Source of the DNA: Eledone cirrhosa
Taxonomy: Eukaryota
Direction of reading: 5' to 3'
Length of the DNA: 64,000 bases
NCBI GenBank assembly: GCA_964016885.1
Contig: OZ024761.1
Location: 24,986,001 to 25,050,000 of the forward strand
The translations under genes were made by a program, and so were the position numbers. The first letter of the stretch is position 1, and the number at the start of each line of letters is the position of its first letter. The notes under the pieces were generated by a model. It did no database searches, was not told the DNA's origin, and saw only the letters and a program-made list of their open reading frames with translations. Of this stretch, positions 31,229 to 43,944 are shown in pieces.

Positions 31229-31391
31229 GCACAAACGAACACATATATACATAAATTCACAAACACACACATATATACATATATATATATATATTCACAC
31301 ACACACATATACATATATTCACAAACACACACATATATACATATATATATATATTCACAAACACACACATATATACACAATATATATATAT

Positions 31392-31463
<72 letters not shown>

Positions 31464-31651
31464 TCACACACACACAGGCACATATATACATATGTGTGAT
31501 TATATAATATATGAAACAAACAAAACACGAGGCTAATTGACAGTTATATTAGCTTCACGCTTGGAGGAAGTGGAGGAAGTTTATATATACGTGTGTCTGT
31601 CTGTGCGTGTGTGTGTATATCTATATATGTGTAAATGTGTGTGCGTGTGTG

Positions 31652-31682
<31 letters not shown>

Positions 31683-31685
31683 CGT

Positions 31686-31863
31686 TATTCCGGGTTGAAT
31701 CGGAGGTAACCACAGTAAGTAAGGTACTCAATACATTGCAGAGTATAACAGTTTTAATATAGAAGAGATTCTACAGGACTAGAACTGTTTCATTCTTTAG
31801 AAATCATCAGGAATCTCCTGATGATTTCTAACGAATGAAACAGTTCTAGTCCTGTAGAATCTT
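31686..31863 (-). mobile_element. Family B palindromic element; near-perfect arms of about 47 bp with CTGATGA..GAAAC..GTC
   Basis: AGATTCTACAGGACTAGAACTGTTTCATTC.TTAGAAATCATCAGGA, then ATC, then the reverse complement. Confidence 0.85.
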
Positions 31864-32002
31864 ATCTCTCTGCCCTACTAATGTACCGCTCTATCTAGAT
31901 GGTTTCAAATTCTTCTGACACTCCACCGAATATTTTTCAATCTAGCGCCTCGTCTCTACCTAAGTGAGTGTAAAACAAACCTTGTTTTCCGTGCTTTTGA
32001 TG

Positions 32003-32048
<46 letters not shown>

Positions 32049-32062
32049 TTAGCATATTGTAC

Positions 32063-32258
32063 CTCTTAATATAAATGTAATCTCGAAGTGTGTACTGCCA
32101 CTCTAAATTCTGTAATGAATGTTGACCCACAATGTTTGAATATGTATCAATGTTTGAATATGTATCGGTATGTCTCTCGGCTGAAAACGAGGTCATATAA
32201 CTGTCCATACATTGATAAATTGCTCCGAAGAATCCAAACCTCGGTTTGGAGGAAACAG
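32063..32258 (-). CDS. Candidate 196-nt exon (VSSKPRFGFFGAIYQCMDSYMTSFSAERHTDTYSNIDTYSNIVGQHSLQNLEWQYTLRDYIYIK)
   Basis: Acceptor TTGTGCTTACAG, donor GAG|GTACAA; only one frame open throughout; contains an in-frame 18-nt tandem duplication. Confidence 0.45.
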
Positions 32259-32327
32259 CTGTAAGCACAATAATGTTTTGAACAGTTCTTTGATTCTTAT
32301 ATTTCATATATATATATATATATGAAA

Positions 32328-32491
32328 ATAGTCAGGACCCCGACGGCTGAGCTCCCGCCGTTTCGAACATTTCGGATTTAGCTGTTGAAACGGCCATAGC
32401 TCAGGCACCAGAGTCTTGATTATGTTCCTATTACCCACTCTACTACCCCAAGTATTGAGTACTCTGGTGTGCTTTGGTCCACCTGGTATTT
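32328..32491 (-). mobile_element. Family C element, diverged
   Basis: Reverse-complement terminus AGTATTGAGTACTCTGGTG..TGGTCCACCTGGT plus palindromic core. Confidence 0.8.
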
Positions 32492-32579
32492 TATATATAC
32501 CTAATTACGCTACTTAATTGTCTCTTTTCGTTACACTTTGTCTTTCTCCCTGTTCTACTAATTCATTCAATAAAATGTG

Positions 32580-33029
32580 TTATTATAGCAAGAGCGCTTA
32601 GTTGATCCATGATGGAGGCAAATGGTAGTCTGGGGTTTGATATGATTTCCCTTTTTAGAGAGTTAATATGCAGGGGGAGGTAATTCAACGTGGTCAGGTA
32701 GGGGAGAGAAAAAGGATTAGGTAGGGTGTAAGGGAGGTAACTCTAGAGAACATAGGAATTTGGTTTTGGTTCATTGTTCGTTTCAGATTTAGTTTAGTCC
32801 ATTAAGTAGAGGTTGGAATTTGTTAATGAAGTACGTTTCCTTATTGGTACGATGGATGAAAGGAGCGTTGTCTATGAATTTGTAAATGGGGAAAATGTTT
32901 GGATGTTAGTTTGGTGTACAATTGGTGATATGTTCACTAAAAGCAATCTTTCTGTATTTCCTGTATTTTGATTTGTGATCTATGGACGGTCATATGTTGT
33001 CAGAGGGTGTTTTTTGTCTGTCCTATATA
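32580..33029 (-). mobile_element. Penelope-like element remnant: GIY-YIG endonuclease C-terminus (32789-33029) plus 3' region, pseudogenised
   Basis: Manual translation YIGQTKNTL*QHMTVHRSQIK / YRKIAFSEHITNCTPN*HPNIFPIYKFIDNAPFIHRTNKETYFINKFQPLLNGLN*; YIGQT, H..C, E.YFI and P.LN motifs are typical of PLE GIY-YIG domains. Confidence 0.85.
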
Positions 33030-33192
33030 TAACAATACGGCAGTAGCTCTTTCTGTGTCTCCCGTTCTACTCTAGAATTCTATCTGATTTCACCTTGTTC
33101 CGACGCTCTAGAGGTTTTTCCCCCGATCTAGAGCTTCGATTCCCCCCTAAAGCGTATGGAATATACTAGGTTTCTTGGCTTCTGTTCATATA

Positions 33193-33523
33193 TAAAGCGT
33201 GTTCCCGATATTTGCGGTCCCGAAACTCGCGGAATTTTCCTTAGAACCTAATATTTGTTCGTGGAAACCTCCTCATATCCGTGGAATCGTAAATATCATC
33301 CGCGATTTTGTAATGGCTTTTTTCGTGTCACTATATATCTTTTCACGCTCGGTTATGAATAACAATATATCGTATTTGCCAGCCTACTGGACGCACCTTT
33401 ACATATGACTCTCACTTTATTTCTCAAATTATATTTTACGTTCTATTTTGAAATCAATAGGTATTTTATATGGACCACGTTCACTATTCGCGGTTTTAGA
33501 CTCTAAGCGGGTGACAACTCTAT
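33193..33523. mobile_element. Possible degenerate Tc1/mariner (Tigger-like) MITE
   Basis: CpG-rich repeated motifs GATATTTGCGG, ACTCGCGGA, CACTATTCGCGG; TA at both ends; terminal inverted repeats poorly preserved. Confidence 0.35.
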
Positions 33524-34683
33524 ATCACAATTAGCTTGCCTGCTTTTCTCCCTTTCACCATCTCTCTCTTTCTCTCACTTTGCCCTACTAATTTATGTAA
33601 TCTCCTCTATCTTATTCCACCTTGCTCTGACGCTCCACCAATTGCTTCCTCCAATCTAGCGCCTCCATTCTAGTGAAGCGATATTGCTTAATACTTAAAA
33701 CAGAAACTACAGAGCATTTTTATGTCCAATCCCCTACGCTTTTGTATTTAGATAATTTGCTTCTTGTCTGGCTGTTCCATTTACGAATACCCAGACATCC
33801 CGTGGAATAAGTTATTAACGGAAATATTTGATGGTTAAATAATTGATGGTTAATTATATCATTAATTACAGCTAATTTGAAAAATGCAATAACTCTCTGT
33901 AATCAAGTAGGACAAAAATAACCAAATGACAGAATATATGTAGAGAAATATGGAAATGAAAATGTAAAACAACGTATATTATCAGCAAAAAACATCATGT
34001 CTGCTTGTGTGATTCTGTCGTTAGGTTTTTATTGGGCTGTTTTTATTGTGCTGTTTTTATTGTGCTGTTTTTTTCTGCTTTATTTTTGGTTTCTCGATCA
34101 CAAATTAGAGATTACCACCATCATCATTGCTGTCAGGCTAATCATCATAATCGAAGGACATGATTGACATCGACATCACTGACAGGATTATCATCATCAT
34201 CTCCAACAGCCTATCATCATCGTCGTCATGACCATCATCATCACCGTCGTCTTCGTATCCATCATCATCATCATCATTGTCGTCATCATCATCATCATCT
34301 TGGTGATCTTCGCCTTTATCGTAATTATTATGATCGTAATTGACATCATTAACATCACAATTGCAATCATCATCATCATCATCATCAGTTATTTTCGCCG
34401 TGGATATTTTCCTTCACTTTTTCATAATCAATACCACCACCTCTATCACTACCACCATCACCAACAACAGCAACACTACCACCAACACCAACACCTCTCC
34501 ACTACAACCAGCAATATCAACACTACCATCAACACCTCCACCACCACATTTCCACTACCACTACCACCACCATTAATATTAACAACACTATCATCATCAT
34601 CACCACCACTAAATTATTGTAGAGAACGAGATAAATGATATCAATTCAAAATACACCATTTTTTAGATAGCGTGTTCGCACTA

Positions 34684-34714
<31 letters not shown>

Positions 34715-34824
34715 AATGGTTTGTAACTTTAGGTTACTATAGTTTCACCAAATTGTGGCTTGTATTATGTGTATATATATATATATATACGTGTATGTGA
34801 GTGTGTGTGGGGTATGGGTACATG

Positions 34825-34863
<39 letters not shown>

Positions 34864-35531
34864 TTGAGTTTATAGTGTTTGCAAGACTGCAATCAAGAAC
34901 TATATTTTGATTGACACATGTAACTTAATTAATACTAGTCAGGGTCTGGGTGTCAACACCAGATGGCGTGCTATGCATACAGTCTTTAAATCTAACCATC
35001 ATCATAATCATCGTTCCTACTGCTATTGCCAGAACCGTCCTCGTGATAAATATTATCGGGAGAGATGGAGATAGGGTGAGAGGGGAGAGAGGGAGAGAGA
35101 GAGAGAGGGAGAGAGGAGGAGAGAGGGAGAGAGGAGGAGAGAGGGAGAGAGGAGGAGAGAGGGAGAGAGGAGGAGATAGGGGAAGATGGGGAGATAGGGG
35201 AAGATGGGGAGATAGGGGAAGATGGGGAGAGGGAGATGGGGAGAGAGAGAGGGGGAGGGAGGGAGGGAGAGAGAGCGAGATAGGGAGAGAGGGGGGAGAG
35301 AGAAAGGGAGGGAGTGAGAGAGGGAGGGAGGGAGAGAGGGAGGGAGGGAGAGAGGGAGGGAGAGAGGGAGGGATGGAGAGAGGGAGGGGGAGGGATGGAG
35401 AGAGGGAGGGGGAGGGATGGAGAGAGACATAGAGAGAGACAGAGAGAGAGATAGAGAGAGAAACATAGAAACAGAGAGAGCCGAGATGCAGCCGGTACTA
35501 GCAGAGAATCTTATGCTAGTCCCGTCAACTT

Positions 35532-35582
<51 letters not shown>

Positions 35583-35584
<2 letters not shown>

Positions 35585-35883
35585 CGAATGAAGTGTGGTA
35601 AGGAACCAGATGGACCATAACGCACCAGAGTACTCAATACTTAGGGTAAAAGCAAAATGGTCAAGACCCCGAAAGCAGAGCTCAAGCCGTTTAGACGAAA
35701 CGGCTTGCGCTCTGCCGTGGGAGTCTTGACCATTTTCCTATATATATATATATAACGAAGGAAATGTGGTAAGGAACCAGGTGGACCATAACGCACCGAA
35801 GTGCTCAATACTTAGGGTAGTAGAGTGGGTAATAGGAACGAGTAGGACCCCGCCGGCTGAGATCAAGCCGTGGACAATATATG

Positions 35884-35915
<32 letters not shown>

Positions 35916-35973
35916 TGTCCAGAATTAGCCATCGAAACGGCTTGAGCTCAGTCGTCGGGGTCCTACTCGTTCA
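35583..35973 (+). mobile_element. Two tandem family C elements separated by (TA)n
   Basis: Termini at about 35583 and 35753, each followed by a palindromic core. Confidence 0.88.
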
Positions 35974-36059
35974 TATATATATATATATATATATGCAAAA
36001 GTTCTATTTAAATTGTTGTGATACAACAAGCAAACACTTTTATAACTGATATAAAGTAA

Positions 36060-36222
36060 CGGTTGCATTTTGAAAGGGTATGTTAAAATGTATTTATAAA
36101 ACTGGTATATATTGTATTTTGTCTGCTGAAAGCATACCATAATTTAACATGGTGTCCTCGAAATATGTATAATAAAATAGATATGGTTTTATAAATATAG
36201 TTTCCATTTGTTAATATCGTAT
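36060..36222 (+). mobile_element. Family A single arm with a mutated hammerhead (CTGCTGA)
   Basis: Homologous to 29149-29278; stem I TATTTTGT/ATAAAATA. Confidence 0.75.
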
Positions 36223-36799
36223 ATATATATATATATATATATAAAATCATGAGCTTAATTCATAGAAATAGTTTTAATTGCTGTATAGCTAATTATAACA
36301 TATGTCATATATTATAATTACGACACAAGACATATATCTTCGAGATCATTACGTCACCACTATTATATTAACATATTTTCCACACATCATCAAACTGACA
36401 ATGTCGCAGACGCCATTTTAGAACATTCTTTAACAAGCATATATATTAGATTATTTTTCATCATTCTGTCACTTTCAAAATGGCATATCTAAAATATGTT
36501 ACAGCTAAGAACTGAAAATGAACAAATTTTTTTAAAGTGTCGACTAAACAAAGATACTTATTTATTTTTCTTGTTTTGACTTTGGGATAATATTTTTTTG
36601 AAAATATGAAAAAAATCATTCTAAAATGCATAATCAGCAAAAATACTGCTGCGACAACAAAATGGATAAATAATATCCTTTTCAATAAGTGGAAATATAC
36701 TTTATTGCTAACATCTCTATAAACTCTTCTGGCCTCACCTAGGGATTATACCGGACACGTTGGAAGTTGTAGATTGAGGGCTGTCATTTGCAGGAATAA

Positions 36800-36962
36800 A
36801 GCCAGCAGTTACCCCCAGTGCATTACTGGTGCTTTATTCTATCGACCTCATAAGGACGAATAGCAAAATTAACCTCGGTAGGATTTGAACTCAGAGCGCA
36901 AAGGGCCATAATTCTATACTGCAAAGCATGGTGTCTGACGCTCTACCGGTACTGCCAATCCA
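36800..36962 (-). mobile_element. tRNA-derived SINE, diverged
   Basis: Family match. Confidence 0.85.
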
Positions 36963-37107
36963 ATGTTCCGAAAAATAATAAGATCCCCTACCAGAAATAA
37001 TGAAACCTGACCCTGCAGAATTTAAACCCCACCTTCGCAGACCTGATCAAATACTGAAAAAGCATTCATACGATGTCCTAATCCAACGTTCCCCTACCAG
37101 AAATAAT

Positions 37108-37281
37108 TGTTTCTATTTTAGGCACAAGGCCAGCAATTAGCCAGTACATTACTGGTACTTTATTTTATCGACCCATAAGGATGAAAGGCAAAGTTAACCT
37201 CGGCGGGATTTGAACACAGACCGTAAAGGGATGTAACTGTGCTTCAAAGCATGGTGTCCGACTCTCTCCCAATACTGCCAA
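37108..37281 (-). mobile_element. tRNA-derived SINE with 18-bp target-site duplication TCCCCTACCAGAAATAAT (37090-37107 and 37282-37299)
   Basis: Exact direct repeat on both flanks. Confidence 0.92.
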
Positions 37282-37644
37282 TCCCCTACCAGAAATAATG
37301 AAACCTGACCGTGCAGAATTTGAACACCGACCTTCACAGGCCTGATCAAATACTGAAAAGCCTTCATACGAGGTCCTAGTTGATTCGTATATATATATAT
37401 ATATATCACGCTATGTATATACTTACAGTAAGTTATTTAGTGGGAGAAAATGCCTTATATAGAACACGAGATTACATAAATTACAGCGAGATTATTTAAT
37501 ACTGGAAACGGATCTCATGATAAGATATAGGAAACCAAGTAAGAGAGAAAATTACATGTATTTGATACTACAGATTATAAATTTATAATGGAGACAGTGG
37601 TTGGTGTATGAAAAACTGATGGAGGGATAGAAGGAGAGAGAAAT

Positions 37645-38395
37645 GAGAGAGAGAGAAAGGAAGGAGAAAGAGGTGAGAGAGAGAAAGGAAGGAGAAAGAG
37701 GTGAGAGAGAGAAAGGAAGGAGAAAGAGGTGAGAGAGAGAAAGGAAGGAGAAAGAGGTGAGAGAGAGAAAGGAAGGAGAAAGAGGTGAGAGAGAGAAAGG
37801 AAGGAGAAAGAGGTGAGAGAGAGAAAGGAAGGAGAAAGAGGTGAGAGAGAGAAAGGAAGGAGAAAGAGGTGAGAGAGAGAAAGGAAGGAGAAAGAGGTGA
37901 GAGAGAGAAAGGAAGGAGAAAGAGGTGAGAGAGAGAGGTGAGAGAGAGAGGTGAGAGAGAGAGGTGAGAGGAAGGAGAGAGAGGTGAGAGGAAGGAGAGA
38001 GAGGTGAGAGGAAGGAGAGAGAGAGAGGTGAGAGGAAGGAGAGATAGAGAGGTGAGAGGAAGGAGAGAGAGAGGTGAGAGGAAGGAGAGAGAGGTGAGAG
38101 GAAGGAGAGAGAGGTGAGAGGAAGGAGAGAGAGTAAGGAGTGAGAAGAAGGAAGGAGAGGTGAGAGGAAGGAAGGAGAGAGAGGTGAGAGGTGAGAGGTG
38201 AGGGTGAGGGAGAGAGGTGAGAGGAAGGAGAGAGAGGTGAGAGGTGAGAGGTGAGGGTGAGGGAGAGAGGTGAGAGGAAGGAGAGAGAGAGAGGTGAGGG
38301 AGAGAGGTGAGAGGAAGGTGAGAGGAGAGAGAGAGGTGAGAGGGAAGGAGAGAGAAAGAGGGAAGGAGAGAGAAAGAGGGAAGGAGAGAGAAAGA
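37645..38395. repeat. 28-bp purine minisatellite GAGAGAGAGAAAGGAAGGAGAAAGAGGT (about 10 perfect copies), decaying into shorter GA-rich units
   Basis: Direct reading. Confidence 0.95.
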
Positions 38396-38595
38396 NNNNN
38401 NNNNNNNNNNNNNNNNNNNNNNNNNNNNNNNNNNNNNNNNNNNNNNNNNNNNNNNNNNNNNNNNNNNNNNNNNNNNNNNNNNNNNNNNNNNNNNNNNNNN
38501 NNNNNNNNNNNNNNNNNNNNNNNNNNNNNNNNNNNNNNNNNNNNNNNNNNNNNNNNNNNNNNNNNNNNNNNNNNNNNNNNNNNNNNNNNNNNNNN
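38396..38595. other. Assembly gap (200 N)
   Basis: Run of n; a round size usually means the true length is unknown. Confidence 0.99.
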
Positions 38596-38840
38596 AGTAT
38601 GGTGTGTAGTACGGTGTGGTGTAATGTAGTATGGTGAGGTGTGGTGTAATGTTGAATGGTGTGGTGTAGTGTACGGCAGTGTAGTGTAGTATGTTGTGGT
38701 ATTGTGTGGTGTAGTCTAATGTAGTGTAGTATCGTGTAGTGTAGTAGGTTGTGGTATCGTGTTGTGTAGTGTAGTGTAGTGTAGTGTAGTGTAGTGTAGT
38801 GTAGTGTAGTGTAGTCTAGTCTAGTGTAGGTTGTGTAGTC
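38596..38840. repeat. (GTAGT)n pentanucleotide repeat
   Basis: Direct reading. Confidence 0.9.
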
Positions 38841-39220
38841 TTGTACGGTGTGTTTGCCTGTCTGCCTGTCTTGTCCCTAAAATATATACTATAGATATTC
38901 TCTTCTAGTTTGCCAACATATTCCAAGCAGGGTCACGTGGTGGTTAACTCGTCAAACTTGCCTTCCAGCCGGTCCTGCCTGAAACATTATATTTATAATA
39001 TAATATATATTATATATATTATAAATATTATTTAAATATATATTGTATATTATTATAAATATTATATAGACAATATACATATTGTATAATAAACAGTAAA
39101 TATTCTATTGTAATATATGGTATGTATATTATATAGAATATATTATATATACTGGCAAATATGAAAGTCTCTAAGAGGTGACAGTTGAGAGAAGGAAACC
39201 GCCAGAAACTGGTCTCTGGT

Positions 39221-39277
39221 GTCACGTGGTAATGTTTCTATAGCAACAGTGGTTCTCTTGGACTTACCAAAGTAAGT
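39221..39277. promoter_or_regulatory. E-box GTCACGTGG (39221-39229), RFX X-box GTTTCTATAGCAAC (39234-39247) and back-to-back GTAAGT splice donors
   Basis: Motifs read directly; the 14-mer fits the RFX/DAF-19 X-box pattern GTTNCYATRGCAAC. Confidence 0.5.
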
Positions 39278-39726
39278 GGAGAGGGGAAGGTAATATTTCT
39301 GTAACGCCAACCACTTCTCTCTCTCTATCTTCCTCTCTCTCTCTCTCTCTATAGAAATACAACGTGGAAGGGGAGGGTGATTTTTCTATGACACGAATAC
39401 TCTCTCTCTCTCTCTTCTCCCCCTCCCTCACCGAAGATATAGAAGTGGAAAGGGGAATGTAATGTTACTACAACGCCTGTCATACTAGGTGGCGATTCGA
39501 CCGCAAGTTCTGCTAGTTTTAGCTTCTTACTTAGCTGAGCACCAGCCAGTTATTTGGACCACGTAACAGAGCACACGTACATTTCTCTCTCTCACTGTGT
39601 GTGTGTGTGTGTGTGTGTGTGTGGCGAAGGAATTGTGATAAGGAACCAGATGGAACATTACTAACCTAAGTATTGAGTACTCTGGTGCGTTGAGTAAGTA
39701 ATTGGAAAAAAGTATATATATATATT

Positions 39727-42700
39727 AGGGAGAGGGGAGAGATGAGGAGAGAGAGATGGATAGGGAGAGATGAGGAGAGAGATGGGAGAGAGAGATGGAT
39801 AGAGAGAGAGAGGGATGGAAGGAGAGAGAGATGGATAGAGAGAGAGAGGGATGGAAGGAGAGAGAGATGGATAGAGAGAGAGAGGGATGGAAGGAGAGAG
39901 AGATGGATAGAGAGAGAGAGAGATGGAAGGAGAGAGAGAGGGATGGAAGGAGAGAGAGATGGATGGAAGGAGAGAGAGATGGATGGAAGGAGAGAGAGAT
40001 GGATGGAAGGAGAGAGAGATGGAAGGAGAGAGAGATGGATGGAAGAGAGAGAGATGGAAGGAGAGAGAGATGGAAGGAGAGAGAGATGGATGGAAGGAGA
40101 GAGAGATGGATAGAGAGAGAGATGGATGGACGGATAGAGGGAGAGAGATGGATAGAGAGAGAGAGGGATGGAAGGATAGAGAGATGGATAGAGAGTGATG
40201 GGACGGATAGAGAGTGATGGACGGATAGAGGGAGAGAGATGGATAGAGAGGGATGAACGGATAGAGGGAGAGAGATGGATAGAGAGGGATGGACGGATAG
40301 AGGGAGAGAGATGGATAGAGAGGGATGGATAGAGAGAGAGAGAGATGGATAGAGAGAGAGAGGGATGGAGAGAGAGAGAGAGAGAGGGATGGAGAGAGAG
40401 AGAGAGAGATGGAGAGAGAGGGGGATGGATGGAGAGAGAGGGATGGATGGATGGAGAGAGAGGGATGGATGGATGGAGAGAGAGGAATGTATGGAGAGGG
40501 AGAGAGAGAGATGGAGGGAGAGAGAGAGAGAGGGGAGAGGAGAGAGAGAGAGGGAAGGAGAGAGAGAGGGATGGATAGAGGGATAGGGATGGATAGAGGG
40601 ATAGGGATGGATAGAGGGAGAGGGATGGAGAGAGGGAGAGGAATGAATGGAGAGAGAGAGAGAGGAATGAATGGAGAGAGAGAGAGAGGAATGAATGGAG
40701 AGAGAGAGAGAGAGGAATGAATGGAGAGAGAGAGAGAGAGGAATGAATGGAGAGAGAGAGAGAGAGGAATGAATGGAGAGAGAGAGAGAGAGGAATGAAT
40801 GGAGAGGGGAATGAATGGATAGAGAGAGAGAAGTATGGAGAGAGGGATGAATGGATAGAAAGAGAGGGATGGATAGAGAGGGAAGGATGGAAAGAGAGAG
40901 GGGGATGGATGAAGAGAGAGGGGGTGGATAGAGAGAGAGAGGGAGGGATGAAGAGAGAGGGAAGGAGGGAGAAAGAGAGGGAAGGAGGGAGAGAGAGAGA
41001 GGGGGATGAATGGAGAGAGAGAGAGAGGGATGAATGGAGAGAGAGAGAGGAATGAATGGAGAGAGAGAGAGAGGAATGAATGGAGAGAGAGAGAGAGGAA
41101 TGAATGGAGAGAGAGGATGAATGGATAGAAAGAGAGAGAGATGGAAGGATGGAAAGAGAGAGGGAGGGATGGATAGAGAGAGGGATGGATAGAGAGAAGG
41201 AGAGAGAGAGAGAGGAGAGAGAGAGGGAAGGAGAAGAGAGAGGGAAGGAGAGAGAGGGAAGGAGAGAGAGGGAAGGTGAGAGAGAGGGAAGGAGAGAGAG
41301 TGGAAGGAGAGAGAGGGAAGGAGAGAGAGGGAAGGAGAGAGAGGGAAGGAGAGAGTGAGGGATGGAGAGAGAGAGGGAAGGAGAGAGAGTGGGGATGGAT
41401 ATTGAGAGTGAGAGAGGGTGGATGAAGTGAGGGGGATGGATGGATTGAGAGAGAGAGAGATGGAGAGGGAGTATGTATGGAGAGAGGGGATGATGGAGAG
41501 TGTGAGTGAGAGAGGATGGGAGTGAGAGTGAGGATGATTGGAGAGAGAGTGTGAGGATGGTTGAGAGTGAGTGAGAGATGATTGGTGAGTGAGAGAGATG
41601 AATGGTGTGGGGATGATTGGATTGTGAGAGTGTAGTATGGTTTGTGAGAGGGTGGTTGGATGGAGTGTGGGATGATGGATGGAGAGGGATGGATAGAGAG
41701 AGAGTGAGGGAAGGATGGATGAGTGAGAGGGAAGGATGGAAGAGAGAGGGGGTTGGATGAAGAGAGAGGGGGATGGATGGATAGAGAGAGGGGATGGACG
41801 GATAGAGGGGGTTGATGGATTGAAAGGGAGGGATGGATAGAGAGGGAGGATGGATAGAGAGGGGGGGATGGTGAGAGAGGGGGGGATGGGTGAGAGGGGG
41901 GGTGGTGAGAGAGAGAGGGGGTGGAGAGAGAGTGAGGGGATTGGATTAGTGAGAGGATGGATGGATTGAGTGAGGGATGGAGGGATGAGAGTGGGATGGT
42001 TGGATGGAGTGGATGGATGATGGGTGGAGTGATGTGGGATGATGGTGGAGTGTGAGTGGGATGGATAGAGTGTGAGTGAGAGAGAGTGGGATGGTGGAAG
42101 AGAGAGGGGATGGATGAGATGAGTGGGGGGATGGATGAAGAGTGAGGGGGGAAGGTTGAAGAGAGGGGTGGGAATGGTTGAAGAGAGAGGGGGTGGATTG
42201 TAGTGGTGAGGGAGGAGGGAGGAGGGTGTTGGAGAGAGAGGGGGATGGATGAAGAGAGGGGGGTGGATGATGAGAGAGGGGGATGGATGGATTGAGAGGG
42301 GGATGGATGGATAGAGAGAGGGATGGAGAGAGGGGAATGAATGGTGAGAGAGGGATGGATAGAGAGAGAGGGGGTGTGAGTGAGAGAGAGGGGGATTGAG
42401 AGAGTGAGAGAGAGGGATGGAGAGAGGGGGTGGAGAGAGAGTGAGGATGGAGAGATGGAGAGATGGATGGTAGAGTGAGGAGGGTGAGAGAGAGAGAGAG
42501 TGATGGAGAGTGAGGAGTTGGTGAGGGGAATGATGGGAGATGAGAGTGGATTGGATGAAGAGAGAGGGGGGATGGATTGAGAGTGGGTTGGTGTTGGGTG
42601 GGTGGTTGGTTGTGGGTTGGTGGTGTTGGGGTTGGTGGGAGAAAGAGAGGGAAGGAGGTAGAGAGATGGATGGATAGAAGAGAGGGATGGATGGAGAGAG

Positions 42701-43535
42701 GGGAGAGGGATGGAGAGGGAGAGGGATGAATGAATGGAGAGAGAGAGAGAGAGAGATGAATGAATGGAGAGAGAGAAGAATGGATAGAGAGAGAGAAGTA
42801 TGGAGAGAGAGAGAGGGATGAATGGATGGAGAGAGGAGGGATGAATGGATGGAGTGTGGGATGAATGGATGGAGAGAGGGATGGATAGAGAGAGAGAGAG
42901 TGGGAAGGATGGAAAGAGAGAGGGGGATGGATGAAGTGTGGGGGGGTGGATGTGAGAGAGAGGGAGGGATGGAGAGAGGGAGAGAGAGAGAGAGGGAAGG
43001 GAGAGAGGGAAGGAGAGAGAGAGGGAAGGAGAGAGAGAGGGGGATGGATATAGAGAGAGAGAGGGATGGATGAAGAGTGAGGGGGATGGATGGATAGAGA
43101 GAGGGAAGGAGGGAGAGAGATGAATGGATAGAAAGAGAGGGATGGATGGATGAGAGCGGAAGGAGAGAGAGAGCGGGTGGATAGAGAGAGAGAGGGAGAG
43201 AGGGGAATGAATGGAGAGAGAGAGGAATGAATGGATAGAGAGAGAGAGGGAGAGAGGGGAATGAATGGAGGAGAGAGAGGAATGATGGAGAAGAGAGAGA
43301 GAGAGAGAAATGGATAGAGAGAGAGAGGGGATGGATGGATAGAGAGAGGGAGGGAGGGAGAGAGATGAATGGAGAGAGGGATGAATGGATAGAGGGAGGG
43401 ATGCATAGAGGGAGGGATGGATAGGGATGGATAGGGAGAGGGATGGATAGAGAGAGGAGAGGAATGTATGGAGAGAGAGAGAGGGATGGATAGAGAGAGA
43501 AAAATGGAGAGGGAGAGAAATATGGAGAGAGAGAC
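39727..43535. repeat. About 3.8 kb polypurine (GA/GGAT/GAAT)n tract
   Basis: Almost no C on the + strand; source of the spurious 1301-aa ORF. Confidence 0.95.
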
Positions 43536-43556
43536 AGACCAGTGTATTGATAGATT

Positions 43557-43913
43557 TCTTTTATTTGCCATAAGTTTGCACAAGAAAAGGAGACAATACA
43601 ACATAATGACATCTGCCGGGGATTCTTCATTCAATCCTGTCAAAAAAAAATGTTAAACAAATTCAACAATCGAAATCCCCTATAGGGGGAGGAGGCGTTA
43701 CAAATGGGTTGTTTAAAACCCTGTCGACAGGACAACCCTCAACTCCAGGAGCTTGTTGATCAAATGCGCCTTTCTTCCTGTTGCTCTCTTCTTCAAGGTA
43801 CAGGTTTATATACAGAGAAGGCCCAATCACTCGAGCCATGTTTGCTTCATCCAGCCACATTTCAGTAATTTACTGGGGTGCAGTGCCTCTCTCCACTCCG
43901 ATTCTCCTTGTAG
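43557..43913 (-). mobile_element. Tx1/L1-clade LINE 3' end (copy 1)
   Basis: ..EMWLDEANMARVIGPSLYINL is homologous to the copy 2 C-terminus; 3' UTR ends GTATTGTCTCCTTTTCTTGTGC..GGCAAATAAAAG. Confidence 0.75.
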
Positions 43914-43944
43914 GTAGATATATATATATAAGATCTAAGGTCTA

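Noticed and set aside
39725-43643. 1301-aa and 565-aa minus-strand ORFs
   Set aside because: Translation of a polypyrimidine strand that can rarely form stops; almost only S/L/P/H/I, no domain
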